Of a DNA stretch of 64,000 bases, positions 1 to 9,386 are shown piece after piece; the first letter of the stretch is position 1, and each line of letters begins with the position of its first letter. The position numbers were made by a program, and so were the translations under genes. Under the pieces are notes generated by a model, which was not told the origin of the DNA, made no database searches, and saw nothing but the letters and a program-made list of their open reading frames with translations. Location: contig CAYIMB010000002.1 in NCBI GenBank assembly GCA_964364425.1, positions 17,436-81,435 on the forward strand, read 5' to 3'. The stretch comes from an uncultured Gammaproteobacteria bacterium (GTDB lineage: Bacteria; Patescibacteriota; Patescibacteriia; UBA9570; JBBTWU01).

Positions 1-227
1 TAGAAAAAATAAAAGACCTCTTACTTCAGTGGAAATCAATCATTGCGCGGGCCCAGCAAACAGAAACACCGGTGACTGGCTTTGAAGTGTTGCAAACTGA
101 GTTATCTAGCCTAGCCATTTTGTTTGCTGAGAATGCTTACATTAATGACCAGGGACTGGTGAAGTTAGAGTTGGCACCGCTGCCGGCAGGCAAGTCAGTG
201 CCGTTACCGGACAGACCTCTGGCATAA
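1..227 (+). CDS. Paralog family member (5'-truncated by window edge); C-terminus ...SVPLPDRPLA*
   Basis: Frame ending at TAA 225-227 translates cleanly. C-terminal tail and the junction DNA match the three downstream paralogs. Confidence 0.55.
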   Translation, partial: EKIKDLLLQWKSIIARAQQTETPVTGFEVLQTELSSLAILFAENAYINDQGLVKLELAPLPAGKSVPLPDRPLA

Positions 228-235
228 AAATCGAT

Positions 236-1099
236 ATGAAACTAGAACCACGACCAACACTGAGACGATCAGCTAAAGCCGCCGAGGTACTTGGAGCGCC
301 GACTGAACAACTTGATCTCTTGTTTGATGTAGAAAAAGAGGTGCCCTGTGATGAATTTGAAAAATATAAACGGTGGTTGGCTGGTAAGGAGCCAACTAGC
401 GAGCAAGAAAAGAAAAATGTGGTGGCCAGTGCTTGGTATGGTTTGTTGCATCCTGAGTACAGGGACTTGATGCGTCAGAGTCCCTGGTTAAAAGAATTTT
501 GGGTGAAGTTTTTTGCCAGTGACATGGAAAAAGCCGTTGGGGAGCGTCAAAAAGGAAATAGATATTTTCACATTAGGAATAGTTTCGAAATAGCTGCTCC
601 CTTTGGGCAAGTGTTTCCAGAAAGACGGGCAGATCTCAAGCTGACTGAACAAGCGTATGAATGGCTGCTAGAGAATTTCCCACCATCCAACGAATCCCAA
701 ATCTACAATACTGCTGTTATTTTATTGGAATTATGGCCGGAACGCCGGGAAATTATTCTGTCCACGTATTTTCCTGAAGGTGCGCCTACGGAATTAGGGA
801 AAATCACTGATAATTGGACACTAGGGACCCGCTTGTTACTTTTCCCTGAATTGAGGCCAGCAGCCAGGAGTCACCTCGCCCAAAAGCGAGAACAATATAC
901 AACTGAGATTAGTTATTGGCGGGAGCGCTTTGACAGTGGTGAGCAGGACGCAGCCGGAGCGTTCAACGACTATCTGAAGAACCTCGCTATTTTGAGTGCA
1001 GAACAAGCTTGGATTGATGAAACCGGTATGGAGCATATTGAAATGCCGAGACGGGGAATGAGGAGAGATGTACCGTTACCGGACAGACCTCACGTATAA
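236..1099 (+). CDS. Hypothetical protein, tandem paralog family (C-terminal VPLPDRPHV)
   Basis: 287-aa ORF. ATG lies inside the conserved junction TAAAAATCGATATGAAACTA. Family-typical C-terminus. Confidence 0.6.
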   Translation: MKLEPRPTLRRSAKAAEVLGAPTEQLDLLFDVEKEVPCDEFEKYKRWLAGKEPTSEQEKKNVVASAWYGLLHPEYRDLMRQSPWLKEFWVKFFASDMEKAVGERQKGNRYFHIRNSFEIAAPFGQVFPERRADLKLTEQAYEWLLENFPPSNESQIYNTAVILLELWPERREIILSTYFPEGAPTELGKITDNWTLGTRLLLFPELRPAARSHLAQKREQYTTEISYWRERFDSGEQDAAGAFNDYLKNLAILSAEQAWIDETGMEHIEMPRRGMRRDVPLPDRPHV

Positions 1100-1106
1100 A
1101 ATCGAT

Positions 1107-1976
1107 ATGAAACTACGCCACACACCAGAACGAAAATCCAAACCACGACCCGCAGAGCTTCTAGGTATGGCAGAAAGAGACTCGAGTGAAGAGCGCTTTG
1201 ATCCGTTCCGACATGGCCAACTAGAGGAATACAAACGGTTGTTCATGACCGAATTCAACGAGCAAAAAAGAACTGGCAGGTATGACCCTTTCTTCTGGGC
1301 CAACGACTTGGTTCCCACGTTGGTAGATACATCATGGGTTGAGCAACTAAGGAAAAATGCTGTGGTAAAAGTGGGGGTGGTCACTTTTGCCCAAACAGAG
1401 TTAGCGACCGAGTCAGTCAGTGACTTGTCAAATGATCATTTTCAGCTCTTGGCTAAATTAGCTCAAATATTTCCGGAAGTTAGAATTGACCCTGAAATTA
1501 GTCCGCGGGTGAGAAAGTATTATGACGGCAACGTGGACAGGTGGATTCATTTTTTAGGCGAACGTGGCCCCAAAGCTGAACGGGTGTGTCTGCCTAACTT
1601 AGCTGCGGCCATGCAGCTTGTTCCAGACCAGCAGTCACGGATTACCCAGAGGTTTTTAACCAAAGGCAAAGACAGAGTGCTGTTTTTAGTAAATACTTAT
1701 TTGCCTCAGGAACCCATTAAATCGTTATTAGTTGCAGCTAAGGCTTTACTCATTAACCCAGATATGAGAGCAGAAATTCAAGAACGGCTTGAGCCATATT
1801 GGCCGGAGATCAGAAAAGAAATCAGGGAAAAGAAAACCACTGCCTCATTTTTGGCTGGTTCAATTGTGGGCGCCAAGCAAGTTCAGGTAGACCATAAGGG
1901 AGAGCTGCATTTTGATTTTAGTCGGACAGAGGTATTGAAGGCTTCGTCTCCGTTACCGGAAAGACCTCACGTGTAA
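1107..1976 (+). CDS. Hypothetical protein, tandem paralog family (C-terminal SPLPERPHV)
   Basis: Internal ATG at 1107 (MKLRHTPE...) in the same junction context as the 236 start. Preferred over the 1068 TTG/ATG upstream start. Confidence 0.6.
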   Translation: MKLRHTPERKSKPRPAELLGMAERDSSEERFDPFRHGQLEEYKRLFMTEFNEQKRTGRYDPFFWANDLVPTLVDTSWVEQLRKNAVVKVGVVTFAQTELATESVSDLSNDHFQLLAKLAQIFPEVRIDPEISPRVRKYYDGNVDRWIHFLGERGPKAERVCLPNLAAAMQLVPDQQSRITQRFLTKGKDRVLFLVNTYLPQEPIKSLLVAAKALLINPDMRAEIQERLEPYWPEIRKEIREKKTTASFLAGSIVGAKQVQVDHKGELHFDFSRTEVLKASSPLPERPHV

Positions 1977-2007
1977 ATCGATTTTATTTTAGGGTATATT
2001 CTCATAT

Positions 2008-2202
2008 ATGACTAAAAAGAAACCAATTGTTCGCAAGTCTAAGCTCAAGCGAAAAGAGTTTGTTGATTTGTCTCAGCTCAAAATCACTGGAGGACCACAA
2101 AACCTCTCTAAAGATATAGATAAATATTTGTACGGTCGTTTGAGCCCAGATGTTGACACCCAAGCTCAATCTGGTATGATCGCGCCTGTTCCCTCGAACT
2201 GA
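2008..2202 (+). CDS. Small Lys-rich basic ORF (64 aa), unknown
   Basis: ORF only. Followed by a 7-bp hairpin plus T-run at about 2215-2245, just upstream of rpsL. Confidence 0.25.
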   Translation: MTKKKPIVRKSKLKRKEFVDLSQLKITGGPQNLSKDIDKYLYGRLSPDVDTQAQSGMIAPVPSN

Positions 2203-2261
2203 TATCGTCAGCCAAAACACCGAGTTGCATCCGTGTTTTAGCCCAACAAACTAGATTCGTT

Positions 2262-2681
2262 ATGCCAACCATGTCTCAGCTGATCCGCAAGGGTCGGAAA
2301 AGTCAGAAAACCAAGTCCAAGACCCCGGCGTTACAGAGTCGCCTCAACGCCCTCCGTCGCAAACGTTCTGAGTTGCCCATGGGCAGCCCATTTATGCGTG
2401 GTGTGTGTGTGAAGGTCACTACCATGACCCCAAAGAAACCAAACTCCGCTTTACGTAAAATTGCTCGTGTTCGTTTGTCTAACGGAATGGAAGTTACGGC
2501 TTACATTCCTGGTGAAGGACATAACTTGCAAGAACACTCTATTGTGTTGATCCGCGGCGGCAGGGTGAAAGATCTTCCAGGTGTGCGGTATCACATTGTG
2601 CGCGGTGTCTATGACACTCAAGGTGTTGACGGTCGCAAACGTGGTCGTAGTTTATATGGTGCCAAAAGCTCTAAGAAATAA
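2262..2681 (+). CDS. rpsL: 30S ribosomal protein S12
   Basis: Highly conserved S12 sequence (…KKPNSALRK…VRGG…). Confidence 0.95.
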   Translation: MPTMSQLIRKGRKSQKTKSKTPALQSRLNALRRKRSELPMGSPFMRGVCVKVTTMTPKKPNSALRKIARVRLSNGMEVTAYIPGEGHNLQEHSIVLIRGGRVKDLPGVRYHIVRGVYDTQGVDGRKRGRSLYGAKSSKK

Positions 2682-2692
2682 CTCATACAGAT

Positions 2693-3157
2693 ATGAGAGG
2701 TAAATCAGCTCCAAAACGAAGTATTCTTCCAGATCCTCGGTACAAAAGCACATCCATGGCGAAGTTTATTAACTACATCATGGAACGGGGCAAGAAATCT
2801 GTAGCCCAAAAGATTGTCTACGGCGCGTTTGACATTATCAAAGAGAAGACCGGGAAAGAACCTATGGATGTGTATGATGCCGCTATGAAGAACATCACGC
2901 CGTCTGTGGAAGTGCGTGCCCGCCGGATTGGTGGCGCCAACTACCAAGTTCCAGTGGAAGTGAGTCCAGACCGCCGCTTCACCTTGGCCAGTCGTTGGCT
3001 CATTAACGCTGCTCGGGCGCGCAAAGGCCGCCCCATGGCAGAGAAGTTGGCCGCTGAGATTATGGATGCTCAAAACGAACAAGGTGACGCCTACAAAAAG
3101 AAAATGGATGTCCAACGCATGGCTGAAGCCAACCGTGCTTTTGCTCACTTTGCATAG
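2693..3157 (+). CDS. rpsG: 30S ribosomal protein S7
   Basis: S7 sequence. Follows rpsL as in the str operon. Confidence 0.95.
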   Translation: MRGKSAPKRSILPDPRYKSTSMAKFINYIMERGKKSVAQKIVYGAFDIIKEKTGKEPMDVYDAAMKNITPSVEVRARRIGGANYQVPVEVSPDRRFTLASRWLINAARARKGRPMAEKLAAEIMDAQNEQGDAYKKKMDVQRMAEANRAFAHFA

Positions 3158-3185
3158 GATTTAGTTCGATTTTCACAAAAAGTAG

Positions 3186-3268
3186 AGAAGGGCGACGGAA
3201 GCAGGGTCCGCGAGGCAGGGTGATTGAAGCTCCCGAACGAGCGGGCCCTGCTGAGTCGCCCTTTTGGT
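3186..3268 (+). ncRNA. Candidate structured RNA/structured repeat, copy A (homologous to 30992-31072)
   Basis: About 85% identical to copy B. Nested stems with compensatory substitutions between copies. Central loop GAAGCAGGGTGATTGAAGCTCCCG is identical in both. Confidence 0.4.
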
Positions 3269-3333
3269 TTCCATTAGTGAAAGTCGACAAAAAATGCTAT
3301 ACTCAAGGGCATAAGATCATTTATCCACAGCCT

Positions 3334-3732
3334 ATGAAAAAAGTCCTTGCTTTGGTGTCTGGTTGGGCGTTTGCTGCGTTTGCCCCAGTGGCAGCGTTAG
3401 CGCAAACAACCTCAGATTATAATTATAACTATGATTATAATTATAATTCCGGTGTGTCAGATGCCGCCGCCGCTGGCCTAGGAATTGGCCTCTTAATCTT
3501 CTGGGGCATCTTCATGATTATTGGCTTAGCCTTCTTGATCCTGTGGATCATGATGTTGGTTGATGCCATTAAACGCCAATGGCCAGAACGGACCACTTGG
3601 TTGATCATTTTGATCATCAGCTTCTTCCTGGGTTTGCACTGGTTGGCTGCTATCCTGTATTACTTCTTGGTCAAAAAGAAGAATGTGGGAACCAAATCTG
3701 GTGCCGCCGCTCCTATGGCTCCAGCAAAATAG
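3334..3732 (+). CDS. Small secreted/membrane protein (signal peptide, DYNYNYDYNYN repeat, 2-3 TM helices)
   Basis: ATG 3334 preferred over the 3220 start, which overlaps element A. Hydrophobic segments visible. Inserted between rpsG and fusA. Confidence 0.5.
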   Translation: MKKVLALVSGWAFAAFAPVAALAQTTSDYNYNYDYNYNSGVSDAAAAGLGIGLLIFWGIFMIIGLAFLILWIMMLVDAIKRQWPERTTWLIILIISFFLGLHWLAAILYYFLVKKKNVGTKSGAAAPMAPAK

Positions 3733-3864
3733 GTCGATTTTTTACAGACCACAAACACCCGGCCCCATGCCGGGTGTTTGCTTTTGTCTCATTTTGTCTA
3801 AAATGAAGAACCGACCGGAACTGCCTACAGGCAAGTCACGGTCGGTCCTCAGGGTGCAGGGGAA

Positions 3865-4404
3865 TCAGCCCCAGGGACCATTCCCGGGCTCCCAGTCGCA
3901 GGCCCGCTCCAGCCAGTTCTGGTTGTCCGGGTGGTGCCCAATCACTCCCTCCGCGGTGTGCAGCGGGGGCGGGATTTCCACACTGAGCTGCTCCGGCAGC
4001 TCGCGGTAGGCCTGGATCAGGGCGAGCCCCTGGCGCAGCTTGCCGGTCAACTCCATGGCCAGCCCCTGGCGGTAGTGGTACTGCCAGCTCGGCAAGTCCG
4101 GCATCTCTGACACCCTCCCGGACAGCTGGTCCAGGATGGTGTGGAAGCCGGCTTCCACCCGCTGGTCCTGGCAGGAGGTGCTCCCGCGGCCGTGCGTGAA
4201 GCACTCGTTGACCAGGTGCACTGAGATCTGGTGCAGGTCCACCAGGTCCAGCTCGTTGAGCATGCTGTCCACCCGCTGGGCCAGGTGGAACAGTCCGTGG
4301 GCCGCTGAGGCCCGTACTTGCATCATGTGCATCAGAACTCCTTGCCGCTTGGGAAAATAGCGGTCTAGTGCCCCTGTTTTACGCCCAATGGTATAAAAAG
4401 TCAA
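3865..4404 (-). CDS. Hypothetical protein, GC-rich foreign-looking gene (paralog of 4474-4935)
   Basis: 179-aa ORF with a TTG start directly after TAAATCGATTTA. GC-rich codon usage. Shares the W..H..L.GK...ALI.AYRELP.E block with the downstream gene. Confidence 0.5.
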   Translation of the reverse strand: MTFYTIGRKTGALDRYFPKRQGVLMHMMQVRASAAHGLFHLAQRVDSMLNELDLVDLHQISVHLVNECFTHGRGSTSCQDQRVEAGFHTILDQLSGRVSEMPDLPSWQYHYRQGLAMELTGKLRQGLALIQAYRELPEQLSVEIPPPLHTAEGVIGHHPDNQNWLERACDWEPGNGPWG

Positions 4405-4406
4405 TG

Positions 4407-4416
4407 TAAATCGATT
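4407..4416. repeat. AAATCGATTT palindrome (TAAATCGATTTA), 2 nt upstream of the minus-strand TTG start
   Basis: Exact 10-bp palindrome. Confidence 0.9.
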
Positions 4417-4424
4417 TACTCTTT

Positions 4425-4469
4425 TAAAAAAGAAGCGGCCGCTGGTCCCGAAAAGTGGAAACAGCGGCC
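4425..4469 (-). terminator. Rho-independent terminator for minus gene 4474-4935 (GGCCGCTG...CAGCGGCC + T-run)
   Basis: 8-bp inverted repeat followed on the minus strand by CTTCTTTTTT. Confidence 0.5.
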
Positions 4470-4473
4470 AACC

Positions 4474-4935
4474 TCAATGTGCGAAGGGGTCTACTGGGGC
4501 GGGGTGGAAGCCACCTCGCTGGCCTTGGCCGGGGGTTGCCATGAGGGGCCGCGGAGGACGCTTGCGCTCGGGCTCCGTTGGCAGCTCGCGGTAGGCCATG
4601 ATCAGGGCCTTGGCCTCCTTGACCTTGCCCTGGAGCTGCTCGAACTTGGCCACCCGGTGCATGCGCTCCCAGATCGCCAGGGTGGTGAATCCGGAGGAGT
4701 CCAGGTGACACTCGGTGAGCAGATGCTCCAGGCGGTTGACCTTGCTCTCCAGCGTGCCCAGCACAGACGAATCCTGCTGGAGCTGGAAGGCCAGGCTGAC
4801 CAGCTCACTGGCGAGCTGGGTGATGCCGTCCATCTCCTGCTCCCAGTTGGACAGAATGACGGTGTTGTTGACCTGCTGCAGCACCCCGGACAGAGCCAGG
4901 GCCGCGGTGAGCTTGATGTGGATGAGGCGTGCCAA
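4474..4935 (-). CDS. Hypothetical protein, GC-rich (paralog of 3865-4404)
   Basis: 153-aa ORF. GC-rich. Homologous C-terminal block to the neighbouring gene. Confidence 0.5.
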   Translation of the reverse strand: MARLIHIKLTAALALSGVLQQVNNTVILSNWEQEMDGITQLASELVSLAFQLQQDSSVLGTLESKVNRLEHLLTECHLDSSGFTTLAIWERMHRVAKFEQLQGKVKEAKALIMAYRELPTEPERKRPPRPLMATPGQGQRGGFHPAPVDPFAH

Positions 4936-4998
4936 ATGAAAACCCTCCTTATGGGCTTGCCTGTTCTACAGATTTTTTTTCGTTTCGTCAACCAGCTC

Positions 4999-5027
4999 TT
5001 GACGAACACCCTCATTTATCATATGTT
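4999..5027 (+). promoter_or_regulatory. Putative promoter TTGACG-17-TATGTT upstream of fusA
   Basis: Spacing and hexamers match the recurring promoter pattern in this window. The AAATCGATTT palindrome lies between the -10 and the fusA ATG. Confidence 0.4.
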
Positions 5028-5037
5028 CTAGGCCTGC

Positions 5038-5047
5038 AAATCGATTT
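5038..5047. repeat. AAATCGATTT palindrome, 13 nt upstream of the fusA ATG
   Basis: Exact 10-bp palindrome. Confidence 0.9.
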
Positions 5048-5059
5048 TTAATTTTTGTT

Positions 5060-7135
5060 ATGCCTCGAAAATATCCACTAGAAAAAACTCGCAACATTGG
5101 AATCATTGCGCATATTGATGCTGGGAAGACCACGGTATCTGAACGCGTGTTGTTTTACACCGGAAAAACCCACAAAATTGGTGAGGTGCATGAAGGTGAA
5201 GCCACTATGGATTGGATGGAACAAGAGCAAGAACGCGGGATTACCATCACTTCAGCGGCTACCACCTGTTTCTGGAAAGACTGCATGATCAACATCATTG
5301 ATACTCCAGGGCACGTGGATTTCACGGTGGAGGTGGAGCGGTCTTTGCGCGTGCTGGATGGTGGTGTGGTTATTTTTGATGGTGTGGCTGGGGTGGAACC
5401 TCAATCTGAAACAGTCTGGCACCAAGCGGATAAATACAACGTGCCTCGTATTTGTTTCATCAACAAAATGGATCGCACGGGTGCTGATTTTTACAAAGAC
5501 TTAGGCATGATTCATGACCGGTTGACCAAGAACGCACATCCCATTCAGTTACCAATTGGTGCTGAGGATAAATTTGAGGGGATGATTGACCTGCTCACAC
5601 GGAAAGCTTTCTACTACCGGGATGACATGGGTCAACAAGTGGAGGAGTTGGACGTGCCGGCTGACATGCAGGAGAAGGTAGAAAAGTACCGCGGACAGTT
5701 GATTGAAGCCATAGTAGAGCAAGATGAGAAAATGATGGAAGCGTACCTTGGTGGAACAGAGCCGAGTTTAGAAGAACTCAAGACAACGCTTCGTGCCGCG
5801 GTGGTGCAATTCAAAATCATTCCAGTCATGTGTGGTTCAGCTTTGAAGAACAAGGGCGTACAAAAAATGCTGGATGCTGTGGTGGATTACTTACCATCTC
5901 CGGTGGACACCCCAGCTATTGTAGGAACTGATCCAAACGACCCAGAGAAGAAAGTTGAACGTCATGCCAGTGATGAAGAACCAGTAGCCGCCTTGGCTTT
6001 CAAAGTAGCTTCTGACCCTTTTGTGGGTAAATTGACCTTCATCCGTGTGTACTCCGGTGTGTTGCAATCTGGTTCTTATGTGATGAACACCACCTCTGGT
6101 AAAAAGGAACGTATTTCCCGCTTGGTGAAATTACATGCCAACCACCGTGAAGATATTAGCGAGATCAGAGCAGGGGATATTGGCGCGGCGGTGGGTTTGA
6201 AAGAAACCAGGACTGGTGACACCTTGTGTGATGAAACCAACCCAGTGCAATTGGAAAACATTGTATTCCCAGAACCAGTTATTTCTATTGCTATTGAACC
6301 AAAGACCAAAGCTGACCAGGAAAAAATGGGTATTGCTTTGTCTAAACTATCTGAAGAAGACCCAACCTTCCGCGTACAATCTAACGAAGAAACTGGCCAG
6401 ACCTTAATCAGTGGTATGGGTGAGTTGCACCTGGAAATTATTGTGGACCGTATGAAACGTGAATTCTCTGTGGGCGCTAACGTGGGCGCTCCGCAAGTGG
6501 CGTATAAAGAAACCATTTCTCAACACGCTGAAGCTCAAGGAAAATATATCAAACAATCAGGTGGACGTGGTCAGTATGGAGACGCGTGGGTCAAGGTGGA
6601 TCCAAATCCAGGTAAGGGCTTTGAGTTTGTGGATGATGTGGTGGGCGGGGCTATCCCACGTGAATATATTCAGCCAGTGGGCAAAGGAGCCAAAGAAGCC
6701 CTGCTCAATGGTGTCTTGGCTGGCTACCCCATGGTAGATGTGATGGTGACGGTGTTTGATGGTTCTTACCATGAGGTTGACTCGTCTGAAGCGGCTTTCA
6801 AAGTAGCTGGTTCCATGGCTACTCAAGAAGCTTGTCGTAAAGCCAAGCCAGTGATTCTGGAACCGTTGATGAAAGTGGAAGTGATCACCCCAGAACAATT
6901 CATGGGTGATGTGATTGGTGACTTGAACTCCAAACGTGGACAAATTCAAGAGATGACTGACCGGGTGCAAATGAAAGTGGTGCGCGCAGAAGTGCCCTTG
7001 TCAGAAATGTTTGGCTACTCTACTTCACTCCGTTCCATGACCCAAGGCCGCGCTTCTTATTCCATGGAATTCCAAAAGTATGCCCCCGTGCCAAACAATG
7101 TAGCTACGCAGATTATAGAAGGCAAAAAGAAGTAA
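5060..7135 (+). CDS. fusA: Elongation factor G
   Basis: [17 protein letters not shown] and full-length EF-G homology (691 aa). Confidence 0.95.
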   Translation: MPRKYPLEKTRNIGIIAHIDAGKTTVSERVLFYTGKTHKIGEVHEGEATMDWMEQEQERGITITSAATTCFWKDCMINIIDTPGHVDFTVEVERSLRVLDGGVVIFDGVAGVEPQSETVWHQADKYNVPRICFINKMDRTGADFYKDLGMIHDRLTKNAHPIQLPIGAEDKFEGMIDLLTRKAFYYRDDMGQQVEELDVPADMQEKVEKYRGQLIEAIVEQDEKMMEAYLGGTEPSLEELKTTLRAAVVQFKIIPVMCGSALKNKGVQKMLDAVVDYLPSPVDTPAIVGTDPNDPEKKVERHASDEEPVAALAFKVASDPFVGKLTFIRVYSGVLQSGSYVMNTTSGKKERISRLVKLHANHREDISEIRAGDIGAAVGLKETRTGDTLCDETNPVQLENIVFPEPVISIAIEPKTKADQEKMGIALSKLSEEDPTFRVQSNEETGQTLISGMGELHLEIIVDRMKREFSVGANVGAPQVAYKETISQHAEAQGKYIKQSGGRGQYGDAWVKVDPNPGKGFEFVDDVVGGAIPREYIQPVGKGAKEALLNGVLAGYPMVDVMVTVFDGSYHEVDSSEAAFKVAGSMATQEACRKAKPVILEPLMKVEVITPEQFMGDVIGDLNSKRGQIQEMTDRVQMKVVRAEVPLSEMFGYSTSLRSMTQGRASYSMEFQKYAPVPNNVATQIIEGKKK

Positions 7136-7140
7136 GGTCG

Positions 7141-7217
7141 ATTTTCACGCGCTCTGGAATGGCTCGGGACTCGCTTGCTCCGCGCTGACGCTTGTGCGCC
7201 TCGAGTCCCTGCGCCAC
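7141..7217. other. GC-rich extended imperfect inverted repeat (GCGCTCTGG...CCAGAGCGC, nested CTCGGGACTCG/CGAGTCCC) immediately after fusA
   Basis: Read directly: 9-bp perfect outer stem plus inner stems. Preceded by GTCGATTTTCAC. Confidence 0.5.
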
Positions 7218-7293
7218 CAGAGCGCTTCAATTACTCTCCTCCGCCATCTTCCGGCGCCTTTTGGTTATTTCAAACCAGTGCTAACATGCAGAC

Positions 7294-8160
7294 ATGAAAT
7301 TACGTTCAGAAGCACGCCGAACGTTCCAGAAATCAGCCGATGTTTTGCTTCCTCATGAAGAGTTGCAACCGCGGATTTTTGATCCGCGTTTAGATTTACC
7401 GGCCGGAGAATATGCAAAATTTCGTGACACTGTTAAACGAGACACCTCTTTTAAGGGACCTAAGAGATTTAAAATTCCCCATGTAGCTTGGATCAGTTGG
7501 TTTGACCCGTCTTATAGAGACGACTTGCGCGGTGTTGATAAATACAAAGAACAGCAGGTATCTGAACTGTTTATAAAAGCTAATCAAGTTCATGGCTTTG
7601 ACTCACAAATGAGAGTGTTAGAATTGAACCTTCAACTTGCCAGAGTGTTGCAACAATTTCCAGAGACTAGAAAAGAATTAAAAGAACTAACAGAAGTTTC
7701 ACGCTTAGAATATGTAATGGAATGGATTCGTGATGGCGTAGATCCACAAATGATTGTGAATTGGATTCAGATTTGGCCTGAACACAGGGCAAGAATTATG
7801 CAAGCAGCCTTTCCTAAAGGGTTGGAGGGTTTCTTGAAACAAGAAGAACAGAATTTATTTGACCCACCTAGCAATCAAGTCAATTATGCAGCCGACTTAA
7901 GTTTGCTTTTTCCAGAATCAAAAGCTTTTTTATTACAGCTGATCAAAGACGCACTCCCAAGAGAGCGAGCGAGACTAAGAGAATTGTCAAAAAGTATTAG
8001 TCCGGATGATTTTAAAACCTACCACCGTTTGATTGGAGACCTTACAATACTAGGTGCTGAGCAGGCTACCATTGATCAACACGGTCTGATTCAGGTTGAG
8101 CTACAACCTCTGCACAAACTCAGTGTCGTGCCACCATTACCGGACAGATCAACGTTATAA
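7294..8160 (+). CDS. Hypothetical protein, fourth member of the paralog family (C-terminal PPLPDRSTL)
   Basis: 288 aa. N-terminus MKLRSEARR.. and C-terminal region align with the 236 and 1107 genes. Stop lies inside TTATAAATCGATTTT. Confidence 0.6.
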   Translation: MKLRSEARRTFQKSADVLLPHEELQPRIFDPRLDLPAGEYAKFRDTVKRDTSFKGPKRFKIPHVAWISWFDPSYRDDLRGVDKYKEQQVSELFIKANQVHGFDSQMRVLELNLQLARVLQQFPETRKELKELTEVSRLEYVMEWIRDGVDPQMIVNWIQIWPEHRARIMQAAFPKGLEGFLKQEEQNLFDPPSNQVNYAADLSLLFPESKAFLLQLIKDALPRERARLRELSKSISPDDFKTYHRLIGDLTILGAEQATIDQHGLIQVELQPLHKLSVVPPLPDRSTL

Positions 8161-8168
8161 ATCGATTT
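8159..8168. repeat. AAATCGATTT palindrome between convergent genes
   Basis: Exact 10-bp palindrome. Confidence 0.9.
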
Positions 8169-8172
8169 TATT

Positions 8173-8463
8173 TCAAAATAACGGAACCGTTTGCGGGTGT
8201 TCTATTTTATTGATATGAGCATGTACTTCATTAAACCCAACGGCCACAATGCGGGCGAAATCTTCAACGCTTGTTTCAATGCGATGGTCCGTCCAATCGC
8301 GCATTGTATTGAACTCTTCTTTCACCCAAACCCTATCCTGCCGGCGGCCTTCAATAATAAATTCGCGTATTTCAGCGAAGTGTTTATTAGTAATAGACTG
8401 CTCGCCAGCTAGGCGCTGGTCAAGCAAGTCCATGAACCACTGTTTGTCTTCTTGCGTTAGCAT
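8173..8463 (-). CDS. Hypothetical protein (96 aa)
   Basis: ORF with the conserved TTGACT-16-TATGAT promoter 6 nt upstream of the ATG on the minus strand. Confidence 0.45.
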   Translation of the reverse strand: MLTQEDKQWFMDLLDQRLAGEQSITNKHFAEIREFIIEGRRQDRVWVKEEFNTMRDWTDHRIETSVEDFARIVAVGFNEVHAHINKIEHPQTVPLF

Positions 8464-8469
8464 GGATCA

Positions 8470-8498
8470 ATCATAGATCGCGGATTTGACCAGTCAAG
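8470..8498 (-). promoter_or_regulatory. Conserved promoter cassette TTGACT-16-TATGAT (copy 1), near-leaderless
   Basis: 26 of 29 nt identical to 63133-63161. -10 box ends 6 nt before the ATG. Confidence 0.5.
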
Positions 8499-8528
8499 TG
8501 GTATGTAGCGCCGTCTGTGGAAAAGTCT

Positions 8529-8601
8529 ATCTACTCACAGAATCAAATCGATTTTTACGGGATTTGATGCTCTGAGCAGAGGAGGATGGTTGGCGGTTCC
8601 A
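8529..8601 (+). repeat. Direct repeat R1 (73 nt; contains AAATCGATTT and an ATCAAATC/GATTTGAT hairpin)
   Basis: Matches 9387-9460 with one substitution and a 1-nt T indel. Confidence 0.85.
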
Positions 8602-8620
8602 TGAAAGTCAAGACCTAAAA

Positions 8621-8667
8621 ACAAAAAAATGGCTAACTTTAGCCATAAAAAACTGTGCGTACGCACA
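8621..8667 (-). terminator. Tandem hairpins downstream of the minus two-gene cassette: ATGGCTAAAGTTAGCCAT + T-run and CTGTGCGTACGCACAG
   Basis: Perfect 18-bp and 16-bp palindromes. T-run on the minus strand. Confidence 0.5.
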
Positions 8668-8682
8668 GATTTTTGTCTGAGA

Positions 8683-9000
8683 TTACACGCCTCGTTCTAG
8701 AGCCACCAATTTGGCAAATGGTTGTAAGAGTTGCCTCAGTTGACTGAGTGATACCCCGTATTCGCTTGTGTTTTGGCTCAAATCTGCAATCACTTCGTAC
8801 AACCGTCGCAGTTCTTTGCGTTGTTTTGCCGGTGCTCCACCAAAGGCGGAGAAACTGGCCAACTCCAACGCTCTAAATAGGCAGCTCTGGGCATGCTGTT
8901 GATCATTTTTTGCTTGCAAAGATTCCGCCCGCGCTAACTCACTCTCAATGTTCATGAGTTGTGTGGCCAAAGAAAACGTAGCCCAACGTTCAGCCGTCAT
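8683..9000 (-). CDS. Hypothetical helical protein (105 aa), second gene of the cassette
   Basis: ORF overlapping the upstream gene by ATGA (8997-9000). Confidence 0.45.
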   Translation of the reverse strand: MTAERWATFSLATQLMNIESELARAESLQAKNDQQHAQSCLFRALELASFSAFGGAPAKQRKELRRLYEVIADLSQNTSEYGVSLSQLRQLLQPFAKLVALERGV

Positions 9001-9344
9001 AACGCCAGCCGCTCAGTAATCACGGCCGCTACTTGCTGTTGAATAGCCGGATTTTGAATCAAGGTTTGTGTATTGCCTTGTTTGGGCCTGATGTTGATCA
9101 AAGACGTAAATTCCACCTGCTCTCCTTGAGGCCGCCCCGGAAAAATATTTGCTCCCCAGACATTTTTTTGTTTTGAACCTGAATCTAACAACACTGCCTC
9201 CGCATCTGCATGCAACTCACCACCAATGGCCAGAATTTTTTTATCAATATCCACTACCACCTTGACCATATCGCCGAAGGTGTCTTGAGCTAAGGCCAGA
9301 ACTTGTTCTTTTGGAAGTTTGTCGGTAACGATTTGAATTTCCAT
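8997..9344 (-). CDS. Hypothetical protein (115 aa; resembles conserved DUF-type small proteins, ...DMVKVVVDIDKKILAIGGELHADAE...)
   Basis: ORF. DUF-type family assignment is from memory only. Confidence 0.45.
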   Translation of the reverse strand: MEIQIVTDKLPKEQVLALAQDTFGDMVKVVVDIDKKILAIGGELHADAEAVLLDSGSKQKNVWGANIFPGRPQGEQVEFTSLINIRPKQGNTQTLIQNPAIQQQVAAVITERLAL

Positions 9345-9364
9345 GATTCCACTCTAGCAAAAAA

Positions 9365-9378
9365 GTGTGCACGTGCAC
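9365..9378. promoter_or_regulatory. TGTGCACGTGCACA palindrome upstream of the minus two-gene cassette
   Basis: Perfect palindrome. Related to CTGTGC-N4-GCACAG at 8652 and 49511. Confidence 0.4.
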
Positions 9379-9386
9379 AGGTGTAG

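Noticed and set aside
1068-1106. Upstream start at 1068 for the second paralog (overlaps the previous gene by 32 nt)
   Set aside because: The internal ATG at 1107 sits in exactly the same TAAAATCGATATGAAACTA context as the 236 start and gives the family-typical MKL N-terminus.
3579-5031. ORFs 3579-3806, 3683-4009, 3836-4204(-), 4136-4360, 4424-4711(-), 4477-5031(+), 4602-5015(-) and 4715-4939
   Set aside because: Alternative frames across GC-rich DNA. Amino-acid composition is typical of wrong-frame GC-rich translation. The two minus-strand paralogs explain the region.
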